The translations under genes and the position numbers were made by a program. Below, one piece after another: positions 1 through 12,778 of a stretch of DNA of 64,000 nucleotides. Within the stretch, counting starts at the first letter, position 1. Each line of letters opens with the position of its first letter. Below the pieces are notes generated by a model. The model had not been told where the DNA came from, did no database searches, and saw nothing but the letters and a program-made list of their open reading frames with translations. The DNA is taken from the NCBI GenBank assembly GCA_965649765.1, contig OZ287753.1, forward strand, positions 62,682,001-62,746,000, read 5' to 3'. Source of the DNA: Bispira polyomma. Lineage: Eukaryota.

Positions 1-1154
1 CACAGGGTTGATTTTGCTTATATGTAAACTTTTAAAAAAATTTCAATTTTGGCAGCCATCTTGAATTTCTGCGTCTTTTTTGAAAATGTCAGTTATCTCG
101 GAAACGGTGCTAGATAGAGCGATTTTGAGCTCATTTTCGACCCACAGGGTTGATTTTGCTTATATGTAAACTTTTTAAAAAAATTTAATTTTGGCGGCCA
201 TCTTGAATTTCTGCGTCTTTTTCGAAAAGGTCCGTTATCTCGGAAACGGTGCTAGATAGACCAATTTCGAGCTAATTTTCGACTCACAGGGTTGATTTTG
301 CTTATATGTAAACTTTTAAAAAAAATTTAATATTGGCGGCCATCTTGAATTTCTGCGTCTTTCTCGAAAAGGTCCGTTATCTCGGAAACGGTGCTAGATA
401 GACCGATTTCGAGCTAATTTTCGACCCACAGGGTTGATTTTGCTTATATGTAAACTTTTAAAAAAAATTTCAATTTTGGCGGCCATCTTGAATTTCTATG
501 TAATCTTTCAAAAAAATTTTAATTTTGGCGGCCATCTCTAATTTCTGGGACTTTTACGAAAATGTCCTTTATCTCGGAAACGGTGCTAGATAGAGTGATT
601 TCGAGATCATTTTCGATCCACAGGGTTGATTTTACTTATATGTAAACTTTTTTAAAAATTTTAATTTTGTCGGCCATCTTGAATTTCTGCGTCTTTTTCG
701 AAAATGTCATTTATCTTGGAAACGGTGCTAGATAGATCGATTTCGAGCTCATTTTCAATCCACAGGGTTGATTTTGCTTATATTTAAACTTTTAAAAAAA
801 TGTTACATATTGGCGGCCATCTTGAATTTCTTTTTCCAAAATGTCCTTTATCTCAGAAACGGTGCTAGATAGAGCGATTTCAAGCTCCTTTTCGACTCAT
901 AGGGCTGATTTTTCTTTTATGTAAATTTTTATAGTAATTTTTGATTTGGGCAACCATCTTCAATTTCTGCGTCTGTTTAGAAAACGTCTGTTATCTCGGA
1001 AATGGTGATCCTTTTCGAGCTTACATTGACCAAAAGTGCTAATTCTGCTTATATATCAACTTTTAAACAATATCAAACCTTGTACACTAAACAATTTCAT
1101 TATTATTTCAACTTTAGGGACGCTTCATTTTTGTTATCAAAAAACGTTTTCTAG
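1..1154 (+). repeat. ~142-bp tandem array (about 7 copies, begins before window), likely inside a non-autonomous Helitron-like element
   Basis: CACAGGGTTGATTTT at 1, 143, 285, 427, 619, 761 and degenerate at 898; GGCGGCCATCTTG motif; ends with TTTTTG-TTAT-CAAAAA hairpin and CTAG|T at 1151-1155. Confidence 0.85.
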
Positions 1155-2066
1155 TTTCCATTGGTAAAGTCTTTAAAACGGCAATGGACGGTATTATGAA
1201 CTGACCGGTATTGTGACCGCCGGTGTATACATATAATAGATCGTTTTCGGAATCCATTTCGACCGCCAATTAGTGACTGGGTTACTATTTTCGGAATCGA
1301 CAGCAAACGTCTGGTACACGGCCATTAGCCGCCATTTTCGTGTAATTTTCATACTACATGGCCTCAGGCATGTGAATAGCAAACTAGTCGGCGGCTGTGT
1401 GCCGCTTTTTTCTTGTTGATATTGAGAAAATTAAAAAATAGTACAAAAATAGTAAAATGTAGTTTAAAAAAGTTGGTTTACTTTACAGAGCGCATGGTTT
1501 GGTTTATTTACCTGTCCAGATATAATATAGAACCTCACTACCAATTAACCATTCAGGCATACACATAACCCCTTGTACATAGTAAAAATTGCACCAAGCA
1601 CTAAATCTTAGTTTGCAATTACAAGTTAGCCCTTAATAATATATATCAAATGTAATTCATATTTATGTTCAAACAGTACAAAAACATACAGATACCAATG
1701 ATTTAAGAGATGTATATTTTGTACATTGATATTTAGTGAATAATTAGATGGGATAATAAATCATTATATAGAAAAAGAGTGGAGTTTTCTCATTTGTCAG
1801 TTCAACCGGAATGAGGTATTTTTAGAAATAGTTCACTAAATGAGTTGCATCAGAAAGTTTCTGTCATTTATGACTTTCAGGTTGCTTAAATCAATTCCTA
1901 CCAAAGACAGATAATTTTAATTGTCATCCTAGTATACCAAGGTTTCTTTGATACCAGTACCTCCTGAGATTCTGCATCTCTCTATATATTGTCTTGTGAT
2001 CCTGTGTTTCTGCATCAGCTGTTTTCTAATCTGCATGTTGTTTCCTACTGTTTGTGGTTTGTTCAG

Positions 2067-2093
2067 GCACTCAGTGATGTGGATGATATAGAG
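2067..2093 (+). CDS. 27-nt microexon (ALSDVDDIE), phase 0/0, of the giant acidic-repeat gene
   Basis: TTTGTTCAG acceptor, GAG|GTGAGG donor, open acidic 9-codon frame; phase matches the next exon. Confidence 0.6.
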
Positions 2094-2196
2094 GTGAGGG
2101 ACTAATTACACAAGCACCTGTTTCTGTTTTGATGTTTGTTTTTTTTTTCTGTGGCATAGATGCACGATATTATAGTATCTTTTTTTTAATACACAT

Positions 2197-2416
2197 CTAA
2201 TGGCCATGGTGGTTAGAACCATTAGCTTCACAATCACTGGCCTCTCACCAATGTTGGTTCGAATCCTGTTCCTTTACGCGGGAAAGTTTGTCCGGTACTT
2301 GCCGTCACCGTGTTTTGTGGTCTGTGCTTCAGCACTGGTTTCTTCCACCCTTAAATCTGGCCATTCCAACATGACCTTAGCTGTTGAATGCGATGTAAAA
2401 GCCAACTAAATTTTAA
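2197..2416 (+). mobile_element. tRNA-derived SINE
   Basis: A-box-like TGGCCATGGTGG, B box GGTTCGAATCC, target-site duplication TTTAATACACAT at 2185-2196 and 2417-2428; related to copies at 8953 and 13446. Confidence 0.8.
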
Positions 2417-4870
2417 TTTAATACACATGTCTCATCATACTATTGAAATCCTGTGTGACACTTTGTGTAAATTACTCTCCTTTAGATAATATCACATTAA
2501 AGTAAGCCAGTCTCACATTGTGTTTCCAAATTTTGTCTTCACAAAAAAATGTACAATTAATTAAAATTAAAAAAGTAACCACTATATGATTGAAATCCTG
2601 TTTCTTTCCCTTTTTGTAAATGACTTGGCTTTGAAATGAAATACATTGAGGTCACGCAGTCTCGTATTGCACAGACAAAATCAGTTTATCTTGATAGCCA
2701 AAATTAGTGAGGTTAAAATCTCTATACTAATGAAACCTCATCCTTCCTAGTCAAGCATAGCCCAAGATTTTGAAGGTTTTTCCTTGAGAAAAGAGTTAAA
2801 CTATAGCGAAGATACTGTAAATTGTTTTTATTTTACAAAAAAACAAAGTCTAGTAATTTGCTGGAAACTTTTCTTAAAGACATAGTTAAAAATCTAAATA
2901 CTTACAATCTACTTTTATATTACTGTGAAAAATACAACCACGTTTTTACATTTCTGTCTAAAACATGCAATGAACTAACCAAATTAAAGGATTTTTCAAA
3001 CATATTTTACTTTATTTTTAGTTGAAGGTTTGTTTTTGTTTCTATTGATGTGCAGCTTTGTTTTAAAAGTTTATTTAACTGAATTGAAATCTGACCTTGA
3101 ATTGCTGTCAAGAGTCTGTGAGGAAATAGAAGTTAAAATTATGTTTTGTTTCTCTGTTTTACTGTAGCTTTATGTGATAGTTTACATTTTGCCTGTACAT
3201 TTATATCTAATGAAATAGTTTGTTTCCATTTGTTTTATCTTTATGCATTTACTGTTTAAATTTCTACAGAGCACTGACGAAATGTAGACCATTAAACTTA
3301 ATGAATACATTCAATTTTTGATTTTAGAAATCGTATTTGGTGGACAGCATGTTTATAGTAAGCCCATCTAAAAAAAAACATCCAATTTTTGTCAGCATCC
3401 CCCAAAAGCCTAAGTTTCACTTACTTTAACTTACTACAACTTGCTAGAACGCTTTTAGTAAGGATTAATACCAGAATACATTAAACTGACAGAATAATCT
3501 CAGGGACGAACCAGGGGTTAAAATATATTTCTTGTATCACAGTCACTGGCTGTTTAAATGATCCAATTATTAATATGCATATCCTTCTTAAGGTTATAGA
3601 AAAAAAGTTCTATCGGAAGCTGTTTAAATATTGTCATATTGTGTCTTTAAAATTATCTTTGAATTGATGAACCTACATAGGAATGTGTTATGTTGTGGCT
3701 TATTGCCAGTACATTTTAACCAGCTAGAGTAAATTGGTTTACTATTGCCCCAATGCCTTTCATATCAGATGTTAATAGTTCTTAAGGCAGATTTCAATCC
3801 GTATGTTTTACATGTAATATAAACCTGTTAAGTACTGTGTGTGTTATTTATAGCAGCTTTTGCTAACTTCACTTTAAAGCAGACTGACATAAAGCGCTAT
3901 TACTATATAAGATGTTTAGGTTTATGTTTAGATGATTAGGCTAATATTAGAAAAGCTTCAATACTTGTGTGATGGACTCGTAAGAAAAATGTACCGATAT
4001 CCCATTCCAGATACATACAGTAGTTCCGTACTAAGTATATAATGTGTTAACTATGAGTAAGCTGGCGTTATTTAGCTGTTTGCGATGTAAGGTAATTATA
4101 CATAATCTATACTTTTACAACTATATATTATTTTATTATATATATATAAAAAAAATATAGTGGGAAACTTAGACTAAAAGTTATAAGTGTGGTTTTAATT
4201 TGAACACTGGATTACATTTTTACTGTGAAAATAATACATTGAAACACTTGTATTGTTTTAAAGTTATTAGAAACGAAATTTAAATGACAAAATATATATA
4301 TATAAAAAAAATTTAAGTGACAAAAAATATGTATAAAAAATAATGTTGATGATTTCACATTAACATTAGTGGGTAAATCGTTTGGGTTGGTGGAGATCGA
4401 TATCAAAAGTAAAATAACTTCAATATCGGCCGATATCGGGAGGTAGCAAAAAGTATAAAAACAAACTGGAACGTATTTCGAAAAATAAGTAAAAAGTTAA
4501 GCTACAATATGTGAATAATAAACACAAAAGTTTTCATAGAGACTACGTTGTGAAGTCTTTTGTAGTTTGGCATCAGATAGGGCATAATTAATATGTGTAA
4601 AATACTAGTTTTCTGAAATATTTGCAGAGACAAATACATATGAGTAACTGATTGAATTGGCTAGAAAAAATTTACGGTTTAAAGTTTTTGGAATGAATAA
4701 TTTTTATTGCAGTGGAAGTCTTTAGAAGTGTGTAAAATGTTGGGATAAATCTCTTTTATTTATGCCAGGAACACTACTATTTGTGAAAGAGGACAATAGC
4801 CACTGTACTTCAGATTTAAGGATATATAGTCATGATGACTTAACATTTCTTCTTTGTGTGTTTTCATCAG

Positions 4871-4943
4871 GAATCCGAATCAGCTGCCGAAGAGTCGGGA
4901 AGTGAGACCAGTTCTGTGGTAGAGAGGGAGAGAACACCAGTGG
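4871..4943 (+). CDS. Exon ESESAAEESGSETSSVVERERTPV, phase 0/1
   Basis: TTTTCATCAG acceptor after a pyrimidine tract, G|GTAAGT consensus donor, purine-rich coding composition. Confidence 0.8.
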
Positions 4944-4989
4944 GTAAGTCTTAACAAGGAAGATCTCTGTAGAACTGAGGCTGTAATCT

Positions 4990-5580
4990 TCTAAAATAGC
5001 CAGCTCAACTCACACCACTCCATATCTTGGGGTAGAGTAAACAGGAGGTAAAACCTGAATACATATTTTAACTCAGTGTTTAAAATACAATTAAAATAAA
5101 TGGTTACAAGTCCCCATACCTCTGGGTTAGAGTAGAACAGGAGGTAAAACCTGAATACATATTTAAATTCAGTGTTTAAAACACAATTAAAATAAATGGT
5201 CACAAGTCTCCATATATCTGGGTAGAGTAAACCGAAGGTAAAAGCTGAATACATATTTTAATTCAGTGCTGAAAACATGATTAAAATAAATGGTCACAAC
5301 TCACAAGTACAGTTTATGTCTATTTACCTGGACTTCCACACTCTAGTCTAAATTTTAGCTTGAGTTTAAAACTCAAACTCAAGTCAAAGGAAGGCTATGT
5401 GGAAATCCTCAATTATAGAAGTAACCTATACTTTTGGCCATTCTTTTCAATGGAGCATTCAGCACTGAATTTAAATATCCAGTCAGATTTTACTTATCTT
5501 CACTCTAGCCAGAGATATGTGGACTTCAGATTTGAGCTTGAAGCTGAGTTGAGCTTGATATATTTCAAGAATATGGCCCC
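4990..5580. mobile_element. MITE-like element with three ~95-bp internal tandem units and one inverted unit
   Basis: GGTAAAACCTGAATACATATTTAA units at 5030-5300, inverted copy at about 5430-5525; related sequence at 10417-10605 and 12634-12790. Confidence 0.6.
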
Positions 5581-6578
5581 TGGTTTATAAGGCTTCGCAC
5601 AGTTAAGATAGAAGATCTACGGGAAAAGCTGAAAACAAAGGTTTGGAGAGGTTAGTAGTTTGGATTGCACCTTGCAGACTGTTATTCTTAATCTACAATG
5701 TCCTCCTGTTTAGTATTAGTCTGGGCAGTAGTAACATTGAAAACCATGATCATAAGATCACAACACAACACGTGCAAAATAATGGGACTAAGATGCAGAT
5801 ATTTAAGGTGAGTGAAAACAAAGTACAATTAATTGCAATTTGGGAGATTTTGTAAAACTTCAGTTGGTAAGTAATAATCTGTTAGAATAGATCTTGTATG
5901 ATCCCTGGAAGAAGGTATTTGTGTGTACTAACATTGTTAGAAAACCTACACAGTAGACACACAAATTGGAGGAAGGGCTACTTACCTAGATTCCTACTAG
6001 TAATGAATGCTTGGTGATGGTTCTTGCAAAATACTCATGATTTTGTATTATATCTTAATCAATTAGCATAGCTTTAAAAATAGTTTCCATGGAACTATTA
6101 GGGTTTTAGGGTTTGTAGTCACACCATGACAAATTGTCTCTTGTTGTATAGTTACTAATCATGTCATCAATTTTAATAGTAAATTGGCTAAAAGATTCGA
6201 AAAATGCCATCTTACCTGAACTTTAAAATACTATTGCTTTGTTTCATAGGTTTTGCTTCATAAAATTGTGTGGGCAAATGCTAATTACTGGCTATAAACA
6301 TGGTTGCTTCTACAAGTTTCTCTCTTTATTATGAGCTATAACCTCTGCTTCTCTGAGTTTTCATTTCACAAGCCACGAATTAAGTATATCTTCTAGTGAT
6401 TCACGCTCATTCCCTCCATCTTACCCTGCTCTGATTTCCTCCACTGGTGAACTGCCTATTCTGACCCCAGATGTGTTGACAGCAGTCTTAAATCCCAAAC
6501 TAAACTAAATTTGTCCTTGTTCCCTTCTCATATTCTCACTAATAATCCCTGCTTCATGCTGTCTCTCTCTAACTCAAG

Positions 6579-6872
6579 CTGGGGAGGATGAAGGCTTTGT
6601 ACATGTGCAATCTCCCAAGCCACAAGAGGACGATTTTATACAAATCCCATCTCCCCAACCCATGCAAACAGACCAAGATGCAGGATCTGTAGATTCCGAA
6701 AATGTAGTTCCTGAGGTGGACACCAGGAGAGGGGTCTATAGATCTCCTTCGGAGGTGGAACAGATGGAAATCTCTAGCAAGAAGCAGGAAGCTTACCTAG
6801 AACTGATCCAACAGATGGATCAGCTGGTGGGTGAAGAGCCAATAGAAACAGCCGAATCTGTCGAGGAGCTAG
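6579..6872 (+). CDS. 294-nt exon (AGEDEGFVHVQSPKPQEDDFIQIPSP...ESVEEL), phase 1/1
   Basis: In frame with ORF 6605-6877; CTAAC branch-like motif and AAG acceptor; G|GTTAGA donor; acidic protein-like translation. Confidence 0.75.
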
Positions 6873-8952
6873 GTTAGAAGAGACACCATGTTTTCCAGAT
6901 GTTGTATTTTAGTACACACCACCTTGGTTTTTATCAGTTTGTTTGATGTGTAAACACATTGCAGAGTTTTTGGTAGATTTTAAATTTTTGTGGATGTTTT
7001 TCAGGACTTTTGCATCAGCTGTTTCTTTTCTTACACCGTTGTACACTTTGTTTACTGTTTCTGTGTCTTGAAAGGTTTACTTTTTAACCTTCTTGTAGTC
7101 AATTAAGTGCAGAATCTTCTGTGTTATTTGTTTTCTGTTTCTTCTGATTATCTGTTTTAAATTAGCTGACGTTATTTGACAAATATGCCTGGTTTGATGA
7201 CACATTGTCATGCCCTATTTTGTAGGGGCATTGAGATTGGGCTGACTTGAACTTATCCCAGGCATATCTTGGGAGTTTTAAATAATATACAAAGCTTAGG
7301 GTGATGGTATTTAAGATCATTTTGTGACTGACCAAAACACCACGATCTGGAGATTGAATGAGCATCTTGGCATTATCGGAGCGTATGAGGCGCTGACATA
7401 AAGACAGTTTGACCCTTGACTTTGGAGTTCTAGAGGAAAGGATTTTGAATTGTAGCATTTGCTGTAGTATGTAACCTTTGTAGAGGTCTTTAGATTAGTA
7501 TGTCTACTGCTTTTCACGATTTGCTTTTAGTAACTACTATTCCTGCATACTTGTTTTCTCAGATTTATTGTTTGTAGTTGCTGTGAAGAATCAAATGAAA
7601 AACAAAAAAGTTTGTTATCTTGTAAAATCGCTTTTACAAGTTTTAAGTTTCTACTATTTACCTTTACTTTTTTCTTTCCACAATTAAACTTGTACTTTTT
7701 TCTTGACACTTATTGCCTTGATAAACTGTTTCATATAATCAATTAATGGTATACAACTCTAGAATTATATGAAGTTAAGTGTGATGAATGCAAGTATTCC
7801 CCTCCCAGACTTCTTTCACATTCTGCTTCTATAATAATTTTATATGCCCCTTCTAGCTTTACATTGAGCTCAGTTAATCATTGTAATCATTTTTGAATCT
7901 AAACATATCCGTATTCTTACACTGTACATCCCTGAGTAGAGCTATGCTGCTTTGTACATCTTCTGTCAACCTGTGTAACATCTGTACAATGTGTTCTAAA
8001 TGATTAAATGGGCAAAGCTGACATACAAGGATTCACTACAATGGCTTCTAAAAAAAAATTATTCCCATTTCTTGCAGTGAAGCAGGGTATTGGGGCTAAA
8101 TGTATGGGATATGGACCCCTGTACGTTCAATGGCTATATGAAAATGTCAAAATGATTTTCTGTCTCATGCGCCTTGGAATCTGCTAGCACAGAGATAAGC
8201 ACTATAAAAGTTTGATTAGATAGATATGTAAATATGGTTCATGGATTGACTAGGGTGACAAATAGGGTAAAAATGGGAGATGGCCAACATTGAGATTTCT
8301 TTGTTATAGCTCATTAGAATCTAAAAATGACATTGCAATCATCTACATGTTTGACACAGAGGTCCCATATTTTCACCTCAGTAATACTGTTTGAACAATG
8401 TAATTATTTCCACGGAGGAAAGTTTAGAAAGCCTTGTGTTAATGTTTAACTTGCTGTTTATATGTACAACACTCGTATGTGTAAATCCAACCGCTTCTCT
8501 GTGTTTTAAGTGTGTTTGCTTTTACAAATTAACACAATTCAACCAAGTTGTTTTGCTGTTTACTTACTAACTACAGTTTTCTACCATTCTATTGAACTAG
8601 TTTAACAATATGAAAGTTTTACAATGTTCTTGTACATTTAATCTGTTCATAACTAATTATCAATGGTTCTGATATAATCAAGTTTTATTAATTAACTTCT
8701 TGTTTCGGCTTAATTAATGATAGTAGTTATGCTCTCATGTAAATATATTACGTTGGTTATGGGCCACAGTAAATTTCAATTTTTTCAGTGTACTTTAACT
8801 TCCACAGGGCTAGTATTTACAGTCTCAATGATTCTTAATCATATTTTTACCTTAACCAATTTCATTGGCTGAATATATTTAAAAATAGTTAAAAAGAATC
8901 TGATTGGCTGAACCTAAGAAAATTTTAAGAAATGTATTCCAAATTTGTTTGT

Positions 8953-9053
8953 TACCTTAGGTCTGTGGTTTACAGTACTTCAGCATTAGTTTCTTCCAGC
9001 ATTAAATCTGGCCTTGTGATGTTGAAAGCAATGTAAAACCCAACTAAATTCAA
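8953..9053 (+). mobile_element. 5'-truncated SINE inserted in a MITE-like remnant (about 8805-9084)
   Basis: Matches 3' half of the 2197 SINE; 17-bp TSD ATTC(C/T)AAATTTGTTTGT at 8936-8952 and 9054-9070. Confidence 0.7.
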
Positions 9054-9196
9054 ATTCTAAATTTGTTTGTGAATACGGCCCCAGCGGGAGATTAGTGGTG
9101 TTTGTAAATATTTTTTGTATATAATACAGGGCACACACTCTTTGTAAATACATACCTAATATGTTACATTCCCTCTAATCTTGACACTAATCACAG

Positions 9197-9367
9197 AATC
9201 TCCCATTCATGAGCCATCTGTGGAAGCAGTAAGTCAAGATGACAAGCCCACTACTGATGTTGAGGACCTTATACAAGCCATGGAAAGTATTGAGGTTCAA
9301 GGTCGCGACGACAGAATGTCGACTTCCAGCGATGAACAGCCCATTGTGATCAGAGATAACATCAGAG
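9197..9367 (+). CDS. 171-nt exon (ESPIHEPSVEAV...EQPIVIRDNIR), phase 1/1
   Basis: CTAATCACAG acceptor, AG|GTAAAA donor, within ORF 9181-9474. Confidence 0.75.
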
Positions 9368-9500
9368 GTAAAACTGAGATCTATGTGGAAAAATGTTGTA
9401 GTGGTGTGTACTGTGTAATTGGGCCCCAAGTCTTAACCAAGGAACACAGAGCCTATAAATACTTAGTATACTAGGAAAGTATACTAGTAGCATACTTTGT

Positions 9501-9514
9501 GTTGCCATGGAAAC
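9501..9514. promoter_or_regulatory. RFX X-box-like palindrome GTTGCCATGGAAAC
   Basis: Matches consensus GTNRCCATGGNAAC; function untested. Confidence 0.35.
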
Positions 9515-10601
9515 CAGTATGACATCAGAGGTAAGAGTGATATAATGTAGGAAAATATTGTAGTGGTTTTTACTGTGTATGTGTCTGTAAATTGTCCGAA
9601 GCCTTAATCAGCCCAGTTAGCCTTTTTTTTATAACTATTACTTATTTTAAACTGCTATGGACTATCAGAACCTAACCTTTGTCACAATCAGGTTGAATTC
9701 ATCTGTTAAGCCTCTTGTGTGGAACTGTGTTAAAATCTATATATGGACCACCTGTCACAACTTATATGACATCACAATACCCTGACAACACAGTTAGGTA
9801 AATTTACACTGAAGGAAATACAGGTAAGTTCACACTAAAGGAAATATACTTAGTGCCAAAATAAAGGATGGTTGCCATATAGAAAGGTAGGTTCAGTCTT
9901 TATTTAACCATGTAATAACATTTGTTTTTGATGGTAATGACTAACTGCATGTACAAGTAGAAATGTATGTTTTAGTAAGCCTAAGTAGTTTGACAAGCTT
10001 TTGTTAGCATGGTGTGGGTATCTAAAATTAAAAACATATTTAAACAAACCAAGGTGTACAGCTATATGAAGATGAAGTAACAGCTGCAATATACAGTGAA
10101 TATGGTATAAAAGTTCTGTAAGATTTGTTATAAACATTGAATTGACAATGAGAAATTATTTTAGACGAAATAAGCACCAATCAAGATCCTTTAAAAAACA
10201 ATATATTAAGAATTCCATCTGAAATTGATGGTCGCTTATTATATTGAAAGCAATTCCTATCCTATCTTTAGTCAAGAAGAAAACATCTAGTTATGTCCCT
10301 CCCCCGAGCCGGTACATTTTTTACCTCACATATCCTGTTTCTGATGGCCTTGTTGGCCCGATTTCTAGTTTTAGCTAGATTAGGTGTTGTATAAAATCCA
10401 CACTATACGTAATACCAGGGCCCGTATTCTCCATAAAAACTTAAACTGACACTCACACCTTTGTGTAAGTCCTCGTACATGAAATAAACCTATACTTGTG
10501 ACCATTCAATTTAATCAAGCTTTCAGCACTGACTTTAAATATACAGTCAGATTTTACTAAACTTTACTGTAGCCAGAGATATCGGGACTTTAGAATTAAA
10601 C

Positions 10602-10776
10602 TTGAGATCGTAATACCCAGAATACTACCGTATCCACTGTATGGTTGAGATCGTAATACCCAGAATACTACCATGTCCACTGTATGGTTGAGATCGTAAT
10701 ACCCAGAACACTACCATATCCACTGTATGTTTGAGATTGTAATACCCAGAATACTACCATATCCACTGTATGGTTG
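10602..10776 (+). repeat. 43-bp minisatellite x 4
   Basis: TTGAGATCGTAATACCCAGAATACTACC(G/A)TATCCACTGTATGG at 10602, 10645, 10688, 10731. Confidence 0.95.
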
Positions 10777-10859
10777 GGTTTCACCGAGAAGAGACCGTTA
10801 GGGTAAGCATTGTTGAAATTTAAGTCAAATCCTTTTGTTATTTTATCCCCCTTTTAAAG

Positions 10860-10961
10860 AGGATGTAATCCAAGCCAAAGCAGATTCAGGTCTTCAAGGA
10901 ATGGATGATCGACTTTCGGAATCAAGTGAAGAACCCTTTATTGTAGCAGATGAGCAACCAG
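10860..10961 (+). CDS. 102-nt exon (EDVIQAKADSGLQGMDDRLSESSEEPFIVADEQP), phase 1/1
   Basis: Pyrimidine tract with AAG acceptor, CAG|GTATTA donor; peptide resembles the preceding exon. Confidence 0.7.
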
Positions 10962-11144
10962 GTATTAATAACATAAAAAGCCTAAGTGTTTTGAAATCTA
11001 TTGTGATCAGTGACGTTCATTTGGTGACACCTTGTTTCTTATAGTAAACATAATTTAGCAATATAGTTTAGGGATCACTGATTATTGAAAGCATCGTATT
11101 TTAGATATATTTTGTCCTGCTTCTGGTCTTGTCAATATGAAGTA

Positions 11145-11361
11145 TTTCAGTAATTCCACAGTAAAAATCAGTATTGTGTTTAATAGCCAAAGAATACATT
11201 TGTAGATCATTTCAGTTCTGCTCGCGATAATATATATTATCTGCATGACTTTCAGTAATTCCACCGTAAAAATCAGTATTGTATTTACCGGTAATAGCCA
11301 AAGAATACATTTGTAGATCATTTCATTTCTGCTCACGATAATATATATTATCTGCATGACT
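11145..11361 (+). repeat. Tandem duplication of about 105-111 bp
   Basis: TTTCAGTAATTCCAC...TATCTGCATGACT present twice. Confidence 0.9.
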
Positions 11362-11996
11362 AGTAGTGTGATGTTTTTAATTGATATGTTTTTAGTTCTA
11401 TTGATAATGTTTTATGTTCTTCCCTTTTGTTTCAAACCTTGTTTTGTATGAATTTAAAGTAATTTCACACGAACTACAGCACATGGAAACTCGTAGCATA
11501 TTTTAACATGAGCATGTACAATTAGAATAACCTATACAAACTCTTTATATATGAGGTAGGTTATGACCATACTCTTCTACATATCTATCCATCATTTGTA
11601 CATATAGCTCTGACCCAGCCAATTATGTCTGTGCACACATATCATTCAAGCTAAAAATTTATAGTACTATGCAAAGCTTTATAATGGCAAGTTGTAATTA
11701 ATAACTGAATTTTCTGAACATACATTTACTTCAAACTTCTTTCAATCAATCTGGCTTGTTGTTAATATGGGCCATTTTAATTATTAGAGTACTTGTAATT
11801 TATTATAAGGAATCTAAAGGGATGGTAAACCATAGCGTTTCAAGGAAAAGCGTAAGACACAATCTTGTGTGATGTTTTAAAGATACTCTTGATTACATAT
11901 GTAAGGCTTATTTATGTAAAAAAAAGTCATTCATGACACTCGAATGCTTAAAACCAGCTTTATTAAACAAGTCTGTCTGCTAATCTCTGTATACAG

Positions 11997-12077
11997 AAAA
12001 GATTTCGGAGGAGTTTCAAGAAGATAAAACCAGGACCCCACCCCCTTCACCTACTGAGCAACTTTCGAAAGATCCAG
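11997..12077 (+). CDS. 81-nt exon (EKISEEFQEDKTRTPPPSPTEQLSKDP), phase 1/1
   Basis: GCTAAT branch-like motif, TACAG acceptor, CAG|GTACAA donor, open frame, length divisible by 3. Confidence 0.75.
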
Positions 12078-12448
12078 GTACAAGATTATGTGTTGTATTT
12101 TATATCTGACCGATCTTTATGTACGAGACAAGTGTGTTTGTCCAACCTAATCAATCTTGTAGTTTATGCTTTAAATAATTTGTAGATATATGAAATATTT
12201 TAACCCCTCTCTTCAGTATAGATTTAGTGCTAATTTGCTGTATAATTTGAACATTGTCACTTGTTACCCTAGTTTCCTTCTTTGTAGTATAGCCAAGGTA
12301 AAATAATTAGCCTATAGCTGTAATATTTCCCATTTCTGTCCTGACTTAATTCTCTTCACTATTTCATCTATGACTGTATTGTCCCAATTCTCAAATGCAA
12401 CTCAGACTCAAGCTCATTACCAAGGTGTCCATATCTAGAATGAAGTTA

Positions 12449-12633
12449 CAGTAGAACCTCTATGTTACGGACATCTTGGGAGAGTGAGAATTTGTTTGGT
12501 TAATAGAAGGTCTGTAAAATAGAAGTGGCATGTTAGTATATAACAATAGAAAAATACGTTTGAGAGAGTGAAATTGAGCTTGTCAGATTGAGTATTTGGA
12601 TAATAGAGGGATCGGATAATAAAGGTTCTGCTG
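12449..12633 (-). mobile_element. Tc1/mariner-pogo-type MITE
   Basis: TIR CAGTAGAACCTCTAT, TA flanks; inverted homolog of 17018-17203. Confidence 0.8.
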
Positions 12634-12778
12634 TACTTAAAATCTGACTGCATATTTAAATTCAGTACAGAAAGCTCTATTAAAATGAGTGGTTACAAGC
12701 ATAGGCTCATTCAATGTACAATGACTTTTTAACATCCCCTTCATTTGAGTTGAGTACAACTTCGAGCTTGAGTTTTTT

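Noticed and set aside
2197-2290. tRNA gene (also 13600-13682)
   Set aside because: A/B boxes continue into SINE body and tail with TSDs; no complete cloverleaf seen
10602-10776. CRISPR-like regular repeat
   Set aside because: Units are contiguous with no unique spacers, there are no cas genes, and the context is eukaryotic; it is a minisatellite
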